A stretch of 64,000 nt of DNA from Macrostomum lignano (taxonomy: Eukaryota): NCBI GenBank assembly GCA_002269645.1, contig NIVC01001160.1:127372-191371 (forward strand), written 5' to 3'. Shown here one piece after another: positions 45,870 to 59,467 of the stretch. A model generated the notes under the pieces. The model searched no databases and had not been told where the DNA came from. It worked only from the letters and a program-made list of their open reading frames with translations. The position numbers and the translations under genes were made by a program. The first letter of the stretch is position 1. Every line of letters starts with the position of its first letter.

Positions 45870-48800
45870 TCAGTCCGAAGGCCTTGGCTCGGCATTCTTT
45901 CTAGTGAATTCTTCGGCATTTTTCATAAATTTTTTCTTGTCGCGAAGGAACTCCTCGGCGAGGTCACCGCGCAGCGGATTCTCGGGCTCCGGATCGTGGA
46001 CCATGGCAATCAGGGCTTGCACAACTAGGCGGGGTTGACGATGCGATGGCGTGATTTTAATAATAAGATATTTTAATGATTTGATGGGGAATGATGCCTA
46101 CCTGATGTATTAGAAGGGTTCTGAGTTTTCTAACCGATCTTATTTGTGATAAAAATTCTGTAATTATCTTAGATCCCAATTCTGTAATTATCTTAGATCC
46201 CAATTCTGTAATTATCTTAGATCCCAATTCTGTTATTATCTTAGATCCCAATTCTGAATATTCTCTTATTCACTCACCTTGCTCTGTCTTGGTGGCCGGC
46301 TTCCAATTCTCTGGATTAATAATTGGCAAGCACACCTGGCCTTTCTCGTCAACATTGGGATGATAAATCTTTGTTTTAAATGTAACCTTTGGCGGCTTGA
46401 ACGGATACTCCACAGGGAAGTCAATGTTGATGCGGAACGCGCCTTTGTTGTACGGGGGATTTTCCGGCACTATGAGGCCGCTCCAAGCCAGGATGTTGTT
46501 CTCGCTGGCTTGCACATCCCGGAATACTCGCTGGAGAGCCTCCGACTTGGTGATGTCGGCCAACTCCTGACAGATCCAACATAGATTTTTATTGAAGCGT
46601 ATAGCAATTTGTTGTTACTGCCAGCAAGCAAAACTGATGGATAAAACATTCAATAAACATATGAACTACTTTGAGTAACACTGGGACTTTTATCTACCCC
46701 TGTCAGCTACGTCTACTAACCTGTGATCTAGCCCTAGTAACCCCTGTCAGCTACCCCTACTAACCCTGCGATCTAACCCAAGTAACCATGTGATCTACCC
46801 TAGTAACAAGTGTGATCTACCCTAGTAACAAATGTGATCTACCATAGTAACAAATGTGATCTACCCTAGTAACAAATGTGATCTACCCTAGTAACCATGT
46901 GATCTACCCTAGTAACCATGTGATCTACCAATATGGTCTAGAGAAGGCTAATGACATAAACTTATTTGTTTTTGTACAAGTATACACTGAGTCTGCTGCT
47001 GTTTCTAAAAATTTCTGCTTGTCTTATTAATGAGAGCAATATTTTATTGAACTCATTGTACACAGCAAAGATAGGCACATAAATTTTAATGAGTGGGCTT
47101 TCTGAACTGCAGAAAAGGAGTACTTTAATGGTACATAGGTGCTATCTTGTGGCAATTTTTTCCCAATATCAGTGCCCAGCCTAACTGTGCAGGGGTCATT
47201 TGTATATGCCAGAATTTTCTGGCATATGTAACCTTCTAGAGTCTAGGTAGGCCTACACACTTTTTTACATATTTTCATTGCTATATATTGAAAGCAAGTG
47301 CTACATAAATGTCACTCAACTATACATTTCAATGTTGAGTTATATAATAGGCCTATAAAGAAAACTAGTTTACTTCTATTTTAATTTTTGAAATTCACAA
47401 ATTTGTTATACTTTTTGCACTTTTTTGGTCTTGCTATCTTCTCTAATTACCAATGTAATTAATGTAATTAATTAAATATAGCAAAGAGAAGATAGCAAAC
47501 TCATTCATCATTGTTGTTGTTTGTTATTTCAGTGTAGTTGATATAGTGTATATAGTATTTCCTATAGTCTATGTATGTATGTCTACACTTAATAAAAAGT
47601 AAAATCTACTCTTTCTTAGAAAATGAACATTTCAAATTTCTGCTAGCTTTGTTTAACTATTGTTTGTGAATAATATTTTACAAATAACATTTGTTTTAAA
47701 TTATGTTTTGACTAAGCCTAATTTAAATAGAAAGCCAAAAGAGACAAGTTAAAATAACAGATTTTACAAAAAAGAGTACAAGATTACAAGAAGTTTATTT
47801 AGGTTAATGATTGTGTATTATTATTGCTCATTTTACTTGTTAACTAGCTTGTAAGTTAAATAATTTTATTATTTCTAACATTACAAATTGTTTATATTTA
47901 AATAATTGGAAACAACATGGGTTTTATAAAAAAATGTTGAAATAACTATATTCTTTTGTGTAGCAAGTTCCTCAAATATTTAACAGAACTACATGCATTT
48001 CTGCGATAATATTGCAAGCTATTAGCATATAAAGTAGCAAAAGTATAAAAGCTTTACTACAGTATTGGAGCTGGCAAAAAGTTTAGTACTTTAAATTTAA
48101 AGGGTCTTTTAAATACTATTTTTACTGTCAGACTAACAACTACTGCCATTTCTTTTAAACCAGAAAACCAAGTTACTGGGATTAAATGTAGTGGCTGTTG
48201 TAAGCAACCATGGCTTCTGATTCTGAATTGCCTCTTCAAAGTCTGCTGCCAATTTGGTTCCAAAGGCGCTGCTGACCAGCCAATTGAACACTATCAGACA
48301 TATCCCATACAGCTGTAATGGTGGAGACAGATTAGCATAAAGCTGCAGTGATTTGTGGAGCAGCTGGCGGCAGGCATTTCCTTCTATCATGCCACCTCTA
48401 TAATTAGCTCAGATAATGCCATGCTGATAAGCCTATTTGAATGCACAATTTGTACCCCAAGCTTTGTTGAGCTTGTCCAGCAGTCAGTTGCTGACTCTAA
48501 GGAGCAGGTGCAGCTTAGGTGACAGCAGAAGCATCAAAACTTTGTCATCATTATCTGGTAGCAGTGCCATGTTGACACGATTTTTAAAGTTCTTTGCCTT
48601 TGTATGAACTTGGCCAGCTGCTTGGAACTGCTGAGCAAACTGCCAAATTCTTGGTTCTTGGTACACCATTTTCTATAAGAGGAGCCAGAGCTTTGCAATA
48701 GGGGCAGCAGTATGCAGGAATGAGGTTGCAATCCATAGATAATGTTTGCAACTTTCATATCTGCAGTGACTGGGATTTGAAGTTTGTTGAAAGTGATTGC

Positions 48801-51800
48801 CTTGAGCAGAGCCTGAGGAGCCTCAGGAACATTGTTGACAATTGCAAGCAACAGGATCTTTTTAACACCAGTGTCACAGAATTTCCTGCTGGTGGCTCCT
48901 CAAGTTCCAATTTTGGGTTTTGTGTTAGAGCTAATTATTGAAATGCAAACTTTAAAAAATCTGCCAGCACCATAGAGACCCAGCAAACAGTGAAAGTCAT
49001 TTAAACTGCATTGCTAAGCAACATGTGCAATGAGTTTGACCGAGTCATTGCAGACAATAGTCAGGTGGCAAATAGTGTTGGCTGTGGCGGTAGTTGAGGT
49101 TAGCTCTAAGAACTGGAGATTCTAGATGTTGAAGTAATATTCCAATGCTCAATCTTGCTATACCAAGATTTTCTTCAAGTTTGACTCAACTGCACAAGAT
49201 GAGCTTGCACTAGAATGAAGCACTTGAATGGCCTGTAGCACTTGATTATTGCTCAGATTCAGAGTTGTTTTCAAGTGCATCATAGTGTCCATCCTTGTTA
49301 GAGGAAAGCTTGCACTGCTGTTTTGAGCAACATGCATAGCAACTCAAATTGGATGGCCACCTCAATGTCTGGCTAGAGTGATCAAATTCAAATCTGACAT
49401 CAACCCAGCCATCTTTTAGGCAATATTTGCTGGCCAGCATCTCCCTTGTCCTTGGACTGACTGTTTGCTTGATGTTAGTCACCTTGGCTATCAAGTTGCA
49501 TTTGTACTGTTTGCCATGCCCAACTGGAGAATGACAGTATAAGCAGGAAAGCATAGCCATTGCTCCTTCAGCTGGTGCTAAGGATCTTTCACATGGTTGA
49601 CCAGGTGGGGCTCAAGCAGGACCTGTTGTATAAGGCATCTTTGGATCACTGCCTTTGTGGTGATTGCCACAAGCCATTTTGCATAGTTGGCAGTTGCAAT
49701 CTGGTCTGCTTCTGGTGGCTAGAGGCAGACTTTTCATGTTGGCTATTATCTTCTCGTAATCTGGTCACAATGGCAGAGCACAAGGCATCAGACTTCTTAG
49801 TGACAATAAAATGTGCCTGCAGCCCTGGCAAACTCCTTCAGGTAGAAAGTGCCACACTGCCTCATAGTCCTAAAACAAGTTGGCTACTAGGGGTCAGACA
49901 GGATCCTGATCCCGATCCCAAAAACTCAGGATCCCAAAGAAAATTGGGATCCCAATCCCGACAACTTTAATTTTGGGAATTGGGATAGGCTAATGTCATT
50001 TTTGTTTTTTTTCTGCAGAGTAGAAGTTTTTGCCATAGTCATTTTACTAGAGATATTTAAGTGAAACAAATTGTTTAAACTATCGTTTCAAGCCCCTTGC
50101 CAAAGAAGTCAAGCTACTGTTACTTCAATATCATGGCAACACGATATAACAAGGTAAGTCAAATGGTTTATTCAAGTGCTGACTGTTTTGAGTTAGTACT
50201 AGTTTCAGTCGAATTTGTATTTGTTATAGGTAGGCATAGAATTTTTTTGTTAGCAATATTGCCAGAAAAAATATTCACGGAAATAAAACATTCTATGTCA
50301 CTATGCACTACCACAATATATGCTATTACTTAAATACTTATTACACTTCATTGGATTTAATTTCGCGGCTTTACGTGCTTATTATTTTCTATTAAATGCT
50401 ATCTTATCTAGACCACTTACAGTCTTCAGCTGCACTGTAAGATCCCTTCATAATTTTTAATACATTTTATATGTACATGTATGTAATGGTACATTACGAT
50501 TTCTATTCCAAATTTCAAAATTTGGAAGCATCTAAAAAATCGCTAAATATATACTAATTTTTGCTACATATACATGTATTTCATTTTGCATAAGCAGTAA
50601 ATCGAATGTAAAAAGTGAGTATTGGTCATACTAAACTTTGTTTTTCTGCATTTTGATTTTGGAAAATTTCAATTTTGAGTTTGGAAAGTTAACAAATTTT
50701 GATTTCGAGGAAACTGCTCTTTCGGGACATCTCTAATAATCCTAAAGCGCAGGAAAATAATTTGACTCTATTCTAAAGCGCGCATCTGTGGGTTTTCAAC
50801 ATTTATTCCAATAGGGATGATAGGCATAGGCCTACTACTAATAAATACTATTGGATTCATTAGTCATCAATATTTTATGGCACAACCACAATACAAAAAT
50901 TCCAGTATTAGAATTTAGTTTCATTTAGAATTTTATTTGATTTGAATTTGATTAGCCTAGGACTGAATTTTTAATTTAAGAACATTTTCTATCAATGAAA
51001 AAATTGTTTAATTCATCAGATTATTGATTATATTAAAAATATTATGAAAAAAGTAACATTTGATTATTGATTTAATTATGAACTTGTAATTTACATTTAA
51101 TTAGTAATATTATGTAAATGTAAATTATGCATATATGCAAACAAGAAATGTTATAAAAGTTATAATATATATTTTATTGATTGCCTCATTTATGTTGGTC
51201 CAGTGGACCAGTCCTATGGGGTATGGACTAGTCTAATAGTTAGTTATTGGACATTGGTATTAGTATTGGTACTAATTCTAATTTCTAACATTCATAACAT
51301 AAGAATTAGGATACAAATGTATTGTTTACCTAGGCATATAGTGGGTATACAATATACATGTATGTATGATATGGATGGACTTTGGGAGTTTGGGTATGGT
51401 ATTTGTATCCATATGGAGTTCATTTGCCCCTATCCCGAATCCCGATCCCGATCCCGATTTTTTTTCAATCCCGATCCTGACCGATCCCGTCCAACCCCTA
51501 TTGGCTACCACAGATTCAAAATTAGAGCAAGAAAAAATCAGTGCAAAAGCTTGTTTCAAGCAGAGTAGGCACAAACTTTGCCTGTTCTTATTATGAGTTT
51601 TTTTGTTGTTGGCATTGTGGACAGTACAAGCTATGCAAATAAGCTTATTCAGTTCAGGCACTCACTTGTTTTAGATTAGATAGAACTAGATCAGACCTTT
51701 ATAAGTAAATTGAGCAGCATGATAACCAAAAAATAGTTAATGCACCTGGCAGAAATATTACAAAGCTAAGATACTAACTATAAGATACTATTGATAAGAT

Positions 51801-53021
51801 ACTAACTATTATTACAAGTATACTATTGATAAATTTCTCTTTATGGCTGCAATTGAAAGGCATAAGCTATTTGCTATGCAGTGTTTTATTGCTCAAGCAG
51901 ATATAGGCAATATTTATTCCCAAAGTCCTTTGTGGTCTATTCATAATTATCATTTAATAAGCAAAAATCCTATTAGAGCTAGTGTTCCACCGTAGCCGTA
52001 GCTATGGCTATAGGATCCTATGGCAAATACAGTAAAATAGATGCCTATGGCAGCTATAGATACACCTACAGTAGCTAGCTGCTATGATGGCTATGACTAC
52101 AGAAATATGGTAGTTGCTGTCACATTCCATAGATTCCTATAGCCATAGTTATTAATGTTAAAAATTGAAAAAAATATTAGAAACAGGTAGAGCAAAACAA
52201 AGATACTTTTAGTAAACTGTATTATTAACCTAGAAACTTATAAAATATACTTTAAAAAGGTATAATAAAACACTAGCAAACTCTAATTTTTATTAATGTA
52301 AAAAAGTTTAGCATTAGTACTTTCAGTAACGATTAAGTATTGTTGGTCTGAAAAAAGATGAAATATAATCTTACAAAGGCAATTGAGTGTTTCTTTTATT
52401 TTCTAATTTAATTTGCAGTTGTTTAAGCACTAAGTTATCATCTAGATTTAAGATATTTTATTTTTTAGACTTTTTGTTAAAACTACAGCTAGGCCTATGG
52501 CTATGGCCATGGGAACTATGGGAATATAGTAATTTTGGGGTCCCTATGGCTACGGAATACAGAGAATTGGAATAAGCCATAGTTTTGCTTATGGCTACAG
52601 CTATGGTACATGGACCCTCCTTACGGCGGAACACTAATTAGACGTTAGAGCAATAAAATATTTTGTTTTAAAGTGTACTGAAACATATATTACTAAATAG
52701 TGCCATACACAGCAAAGATAGGCATATGAATTTTAATGAGTGCACTTTCCAAACTACAGAAAAGGAGTAGTTTAATAGTATATAGGTGCTGTCTTGTGGC
52801 AATTTTTCCCCAATATCAGTGCCCAGCCTAACTATGAAAGGCCTTTTAGAGTTAAGTCAAAGTAATTTAACTTGTGTAGTTTAATTTAAATTATATAGAT
52901 CATAGATCACAAGCAGAGCCTAAACAGTAGGCCCTAAACCTATACTACATATACAATATAAATATTATAGGCCCAGGGGCCCCATGCCTACCTTTTGGAG
53001 ACGTCGTGTAGATGCACCCAT
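45870..53021 (-). CDS. UBE2L3: Ubiquitin-conjugating enzyme E2 L3 (UbcH7); exons 53021-52992, 46566-46278, 46024-45870, 157 aa
   Basis: [10 protein letters not shown]|ELADI...[57 protein letters not shown]|[26 protein letters not shown]...; phases 0 and 1 with GT-AG. Confidence 0.95.
46140..46260. repeat. 24-bp tandem repeat (CTTAGATCCCAATTCTGTAATTAT), about 5 copies
   Basis: Direct periodicity in UBE2L3 intron 2. Confidence 0.85.
46695..46930. repeat. About 21-bp tandem repeat (ATGTGATCTACCCTAGTAACA)
   Basis: Direct periodicity. Confidence 0.85.
48050..49879 (-). pseudogene. Decayed DNA-transposon transposase (tentatively Transib/Chapaev-like) in UBE2L3 intron 1
   Basis: Stop-riddled minus frames retain [77 protein letters not shown] and EGNACRQLL. 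Family assignment is from memory of motif style only. Confidence 0.5.
49888..51500. mobile_element. Non-autonomous hAT-type element, about 1.6 kb
   Basis: TIRs TAGGGGTCAGACAGGATC / TAGGGGTTGGACGGGATC (reverse complement) with subterminal ATCCCG repeats. Perfect 8-bp TSD TTGGCTAC at 49880-49887 and 51501-51508. Confidence 0.85.
51980..52636. mobile_element. hAT-like MITE with CTATGGCTA subterminal repeats
   Basis: TIR TAGTGTTCCRCCGTA; imperfect 8-bp TSD ATTAGAGC/ATTAGACG. Confidence 0.7.
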
Positions 53022-53544
53022 TTATTGTTTTTATGTAGGCTAGTTATAGCTAGATTATATTTAAAAAATTAAGCAACCACGCTATTAGTATTAGATCGGA
53101 AAAATCGGAAGCACAGTTGTGGCACTACGATTTTATAATCCGCGAAATATGTGTAATAAGCCTATCTTATTTATTATTGTAACTGAAAAGGAAACTGTCC
53201 AAGGGGAAGCAAATTTTTCGAGGCGAGAATTTCGTATATCCACTAAATCGAATTACAACGTTTTTATACACTTTATATTGTGATAATCGTATCATTAACT
53301 TTGTTTGTGTTTTAGTTACGGTTCATTAATTACTCCTTGTCCTGTTACCAGTCCTGTTGCCCCTGAAAGTCATACAATAATAACACAATTTTGTTTAACT
53401 ACTTTTTACCCTTCGGCAATATTTAAATTAGATCCTTTTTGTTCCAACGGGGATCCACTCCGCAGATGATGAGCATGCAGACCAAGAAGGATGAGATATT
53501 TTTAACATTGCTAGTAGATTCCTAGCAGTCCTATTAGTAGGTTG

Positions 53545-53641
53545 GCTATAATTTTCAGTTGGCTATAATTTTCAGTTAGCTATAATTTTCAGTTGGCTAT
53601 AATTTTCAGTTGGCTATAATTTTCAGTTGGCTATAATTTTC
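53545..53641. repeat. 17-bp tandem repeat (GTTGGCTATAATTTTCA), about 5-6 copies
   Basis: Direct periodicity. Confidence 0.9.
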
Positions 53642-53649
53642 ACGCCCAA

Positions 53650-56600
53650 CAATGCGTAAAGATGAGTCAATAGGGCCAGGTGCCAACGGTGTCGCCGTCA
53701 ACTTGACGGAGCGGCAAACAAAGATGGCGACCTACAGAGGACGGCGGCCGAGTGTGCATGGCTCCGAAACGCCGAGCACACGCTTTAATGCCCAGCGCAA
53801 TGCACTGCGCACCATGCTGCCCGCCGGCTCCACCAGGACTCGCGGCCTGCCCAGCCGGAGCCTGCTAGAGGATTGGACACATTATCCTTGCCAGTCCCCC
53901 GCACTGCACCAGCTAGCAGAACAATCGAGACAACCAAAGAAAGTCAAAACCAGTTTGATAACTGCACAAGACTTGCTACCTTCAACGCACGAACGCTCAC
54001 TGCCCCCTGGAGACTGCACGAGCTAACCAAGCTGGCAAAGAGCATGAACATCTCCATTCTGGCTGTCCAACAACACCGCAGGAGCACCGAAGAGTGCGCT
54101 GATCCAGGCCTTGGCTGCAGCAGTTCCGAGCCGCCCCAGCCTCAGCCCAGGGTTCTGGAGGCTTCGGGTTTCTGCTGTCACCTGGTGCCTCAAGGGCCCT
54201 TCTGAATGTGAGCTTCCCAACCGACCGCCTTGGCATTGCCTCTTTTGGCACGAAGGACTTCATGTAATCTGCGTCTACGCCCCCACAGCCCCACGCACAG
54301 CTACTGATCTTACCGAGACTGAGTCAATGTATGACCACCTGGGATCACTCATCGACTCGGTTCCTGATCGCGACCAGCTTTTTGTGGCTGGAGACTTCAA
54401 CGCGCCACTGTCCCCTGATTGCCGCCTGGTAAAGAACAACTGCGGCTCCACCAACACTAACTCGGACTTCCTGTCAACTTTCATTCACTCTCAAGACCTG
54501 ATTGCAGCCAATGGTGTCATGCGGCAGCGGTACAACAAGCTGCCCACCTTCTTCGGCCCAAATGGACGGACCACGCCATCAGATCTCGACTGCGCAAAGT
54601 GGTCAATATCCGCCCCAGCTGCGTGAGGTCCGACCATTCTCTGCTGGCCTGCGACATCAACTGCCGATGGAAAAAGTACAAGGCTGGCCCACCGCACCTC
54701 CTCTGGGCAGATCTGAGAAACCCAGACACGCGCAGTGCGTTCACTGAAAAGCTGTAAAATGCTCTCCGGCCCTGAATGAATCGGCGGACACCTTCACCAG
54801 AGCTATTGAGGAAGCTGTCTCGATCCTACCAAAACGAAAACCGCACCAACCAAAAGCCCTCTGGGACTCCGACGAGGAGATCTTCATCGCTAGGCGCGAC
54901 GTGCAAAGAACAACCGCAGTCTTTGGCCAAGACAGTGAGCAGGCTGAAACAGCCCGGGCCCAACTACGCGACACGCATGCCCGGAGGACCGAAGCCTTTG
55001 TCCAGGAGACTGTTGCTGAAATTCAACTAGCAACAGACAACTGCCGGCACACAGCGGCCTGGCGCGCCATCAACCGCCTGACTGGCAGGAAGCAGAGGGC
55101 CAATGCCGCTGTAGGTGCTGAGTCCATACACCATCGCAAAGCCCTGCTGGCCACTCACTACCACAATGTGCTCAACGCTCCACCACCCTCTGCTGATTTG
55201 CTGCCGATCGAAAACTTTACCCCGGCTGAGCCCTCGACTTTCAACTCCGGCCCGCTGACTGCCTACGAGGTGAACCGAGTGCTCAAGACCATGAGCCCCG
55301 CCGCTGCCGCCGGAGTAAATGGCATTCCACCCAGGATGCTCAAGCTGCCGGAGCTGACACAGGACATCACGACTTTGCTCAACAAGCACTGTCCGCTTGG
55401 AGGCAACCCAGATGCTACTGCTGCTGACAACTGGCGCACCTCTAAGATCGTCTCCATCCCCAAGAAGGGCGCATCCACCAGTCTGGACAACCAACGCGGC
55501 ATCGCTCTGGAATGCACTCTGGCTAAGCTGCTCAATGCTATACTGCGTAATCGGCTGCTGCCTGGCCACAACCAAATGATCCTGAGCCTCCAAAGTGGCT
55601 TCAGGCCCGGCCGCTCGACAACAGAGCAGATTGCAGCCCTTCGAGCAGTCGTCGAGGCCGGTAAAACTCACCAACGAGCTGTGTCAATTGTTTTTGCGGA
55701 CTTCCGCAAAGCTTTTGACTCAGTGTGCCGGCGCGCGATCGCGTGGCTGCTCGAGCACTATGGCGTCCCCCCGGCTCTTATCTCTACAGTGATGGACCTC
55801 TACAACAACAGCAAAGCCTTTGTCCAAACCAGCGATGGCCCAACTGAGGACTTCTGCACCAGCTCCGGAGTCCTCCAAGTCCAAGGTGACACGTTGGCCC
55901 CACTGCTCTTTATCCTTGTCGTCGACTACGTGCTGCGCCGAAGCCTCACAGAGGAGGACAGTTACCTGCTGGCGTCACGTCGGAGCTCCCGCCGCGGTGC
56001 TGCCCCGTTGCCGCCCTCGCGTACGCCGACGACATCGCCCTGCTGTGCCGCAGTCCGACTGCCGCCCAGAGAGCGCTCTCAAGACTCTATGAGGAGAGCG
56101 CCCGAGTCGGATTGCAAATCAACGCACGCAAGACGGAGGTGCTGCACGTGGGCACCGATGCAGCACCAATCCTAACCCTTCCAGATGGGCAAGTCATTTC
56201 AGTCTGCAGAGACTTCCGGTACCTGGGCTCCCTCGTGAGGAGCCCTGACTCCATCATCGCTGACCGGAGGTCACAGGCCTGGCGCGCGGCTCATCTCCTC
56301 AGGGAGGTCTTCAGCTCAGCTGCCAACGACGACCTGAAGAAGCCACCCTCCAGCGGCGCCGGCTAATGCTCGTCGGCCACTGCCTCCGCAGCTACGGCAG
56401 AGGGGCGCTCACCTTGCTGCATCAGCCAACCGAGCGTCTCCGACGGGGCCAAGGCCGGGCCGCCACGCTAGAGTCTGACCTACAAGCCATTAACCTGACC
56501 CCACAATCTGTCACAAACTTCTTCCTTCTCGTCTCTCCTGCGAGCGCGTGTGCGCAAGACGCCTACCATAATCTTTGCGTCCTTATATATATATATAGTA
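53650..56600 (+). mobile_element. Decayed RTE-like LINE (APE endonuclease + RT) ending in (TA)n
   Basis: ATFNARTL, VICVYAPT, VAGDFNA, SDHSLL (APE). QRGIAL, QSGFRPGRST, FADFRKAFDSV, QGDTLAPLLF, AYADDI, FRYLGS (RT). Multiple frameshifts. Confidence 0.88.
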
Positions 56601-57949
56601 GATTCCGAAGGCCAATAGGCTTATTTGCATGTTTGAAGATAAAGATTCATATGCAAAAAAGTTTTAAAAGCATGGCGTCGGTTCAAAACAAATTGTATTA
56701 TCATATACTTGAACTTTGCGCTTGCATTAACTACCCGTTCTGGGGCAACAAGAAAGTTGCTCTACTGAGCTATGAACAAACCCCCCGAAAACACCACAGA
56801 AGGGCTGCAGGGGACGACCAGTCACGGCCAAGATTGAGTTTTACGAGTAATTTCATTGTACATGTAACATATGGTAGTACGAATTGCGACATGTACATGT
56901 ATAGTCGTAAATTTTTGTTTTTTTGTGGTCGTAAAAGCCTAAATTTAAAAACGCTTTGGCTTTGGAAAATGAAAAAAAACAGTAGGTCTTGGCAGTTCTC
57001 TGTGAAGTACATGTAGCCAGCCCATAGCTCGTGAGAACTGCACGTTAGAATTGCTGAAAGCGATCAGCAGTCTTCAGGTTAATAATTTAAAATTTAAACA
57101 CATAAATTTAAATAGAAATGGTGTAATTTTTGAATTTCCTAAACGACAATTGAATCTACATGCATACCAAGGTTACACACACGCATAATAAATTGGGACC
57201 AACCTAATTAGTGCAATTCGCTATTTAACTATTATTTATCGTGTGTGCGGAATACAAATTATCTGGCAGAGCAAAAGTATCTAGCAAAATTCAGAGCCAG
57301 CTGGAGTGAAGGACGAGAATTCGTCCATCCCATTTGGCCGTCGGGAAAAAAATTTTTATTTAGCTGCTTAGCTCTCACTTCCCATCCATGATGCGGCATG
57401 TAGTTTTTCTTCCCTATTATGTCGTCCTCGTATATAGAATATCCCAATGCACGGCCAGGCACTAAATACCCTCATCAGATCCTGTTCTTCGCATATTTTC
57501 AGCCCGCAGCCACGGGAGTGGAGGAGGGAGGCTGCATAAGCTTGGAAAGAAGACTATACTGAGCGCGCTTCTGTGTGTCCCAAATCCCATTGCCCCTGCG
57601 CTTGGATGGACGGGCGCTGCAGAAGCCTCAGGCAGCCCTGCCCTCGCGTGCCGAGGGTGGATTTTGTTTTTCTATGACGACGGGAAGAGATCTCTTGTCA
57701 TGCAAGGCGATGGGGACAGACCGAGAGGAGCTGGAAGGGGAGCAAAGAGAAAGAAGAGAGGCGAGTGTGGGACCTCAAAAGAGAAAAAGGGTTCTCCAGC
57801 ACTGAGGAGCAGCTGATGACTGCAATGGGAGGGACGCGACGGATTGGGCAGATTGAGAGGATTTGGACTCAATCCCCTTCCCCCCGACATATAGAATTAA
57901 GAGAGCGCGGAAAGCAGAGGCTGAGGATCCGCCTGCGAGAGGACAAGCA

Positions 57950-57977
57950 GAGGGAGAGAAAGAGAGAGAGAGAGTGT

Positions 57978-58026
<49 letters not shown>
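57950..58026. repeat. (GA)n microsatellite
   Basis: Dinucleotide run. Confidence 0.95.
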
Positions 58027-58027
<1 letters not shown>

Positions 58028-58100
58028 ACTACACCAGGGCAATAGCTGCCGACTTTTGCGTTCTCAGAGGTGTTTCGTGGAAACTAGGCGTCGTCAGACG

Positions 58101-59342
58101 ATGACGTCGGCAGCGGCTACGTCTACCTCGGGCCATAGGCCCAGCCTCACCCTCATCAGCACCCGCACGGGTCGGCGAACATCCATCCATCACGACACGG
58201 AGTTTGCCGACCGGATGAACGCCTACATTGTCAGCCCGCTCATTCCCCTGCCGAAGCCGCCGCCGCCGCCGCCGCCAGCCCAAGCGAAGCGTCAACGACG
58301 ACGCAATCCGACGCTCGACCGGCTGCTGCAGCCGCCGAAGGACGAATCGTCGGGTGCGTCAAACGGCTCGGCGTCGCAGCAGCTGATCGGGAAGCTGCGC
58401 TCGCTGAAGCTCCGGTTGCAGCGGCACGCATCGCTGCACGGCAGGGGCTGGCCGCCCAGGGACTTCCTGCTCATGCAGGAGGTGGCGGTGAGGTGAGGGC
58501 TTGATTGTGCTTCTCAGTTGTACTTTTATCTCACTCGTTTGATCTTTCGGGCTTCCCGCCTGACAGGAAGGATTCTTGTGCTCTTGTTAAGCCATTAAAA
58601 AATCTTGTCTCATAAGAAATACTCTTGTACAATAGGGATTAAGACATCTTGCCAACACGTGCAACTGAAAGAACTCCTGAACTCCTGCCTGGCAGCAACA
58701 GGACGTCATTTGTTGACGTCAAACCAGGAATGGCTCGTATCCAATATTTGAAACCATTGCTAAGCCGAAGACTCCACCCATTTTGCGCTCCACAGTTCGC
58801 AGTCCTCGCGCGGAGACCAGCAGCAGCAGCAGCAGCAGCACACCCAACAGTCGCCAGGTCAGGACACTCAGCCGGTTGACGGCATCGTCTGTACCGAGAG
58901 CGACATTCGTCGAATTGTTGGCGACCTTCTACTACGCCAGGAGATCGGCAGCAGCGGCAGCGGAGGCGTCGGCGTCGGCGGTAGCAGCGGCAGTCAGTCC
59001 CAGCAGCATCAGCTGATCGGAGTCGTCCCGCTGCCGCCGCCGGAGTCGCCCAGCCGCCGACTGGTGTGCTTCATCGATCCCCGGCGAGATAGGCTGGTGC
59101 CCGACTCAGGCAGCCTGCAGGTGTGCCACAGCTGCCTCAGGCCGCTTCCTGTTGATCAGCAGCGGCAGCAGCAGCCCAAGGAGGTGCTGTTCGACGAGAA
59201 CGGCCAGACCTGGGAGGTGTACGGAGCCGACCTTGACCCCGACCTGCTGGGCCAGGCCATCCAGAACCACCTGGCCGCCAGGCGAAGGCAATCAGCGGAG
59301 ACTGCGGATGAAGCTGCGACTGCTGCAGGAGACGCCGACTGA
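58101..59342 (+). CDS. GPRIN: GPRIN-like protein (GRIN C-terminal domain); exons 58068/58101-58492 and 58796-59342
   Basis: Phase-2 junction AG|GTGAGG ... CCACAG|T. C-terminal PKEVLFDENGQTWEVYGADLDPDLLGQAIQNHL matches the GRIN_C motif (WDE.GMTWEVYGA...EVLG.AIQKHL). Upstream part is low complexity; the start is uncertain. Confidence 0.8.
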
Positions 59343-59467
59343 GAACTGGGAACCGAGTGCGTTCTTGGCTGCTCGACTTACGTTCAGAATCAAAAATAAT
59401 TTTTTTATCTCTGTTACTCCTCACTTAGTAAGACAACTTGTCACGGTTTGTAAAGTGCGATGAACCA

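Noticed and set aside
50132-50158. ATG GCA ACA CGA TAT AAC AAG|GTAAGT as a phase-0 first exon for the GPRIN-like gene
   Set aside because: It lies inside the hAT-type element and within the antisense UBE2L3 intron; nothing supports an 8-kb link.
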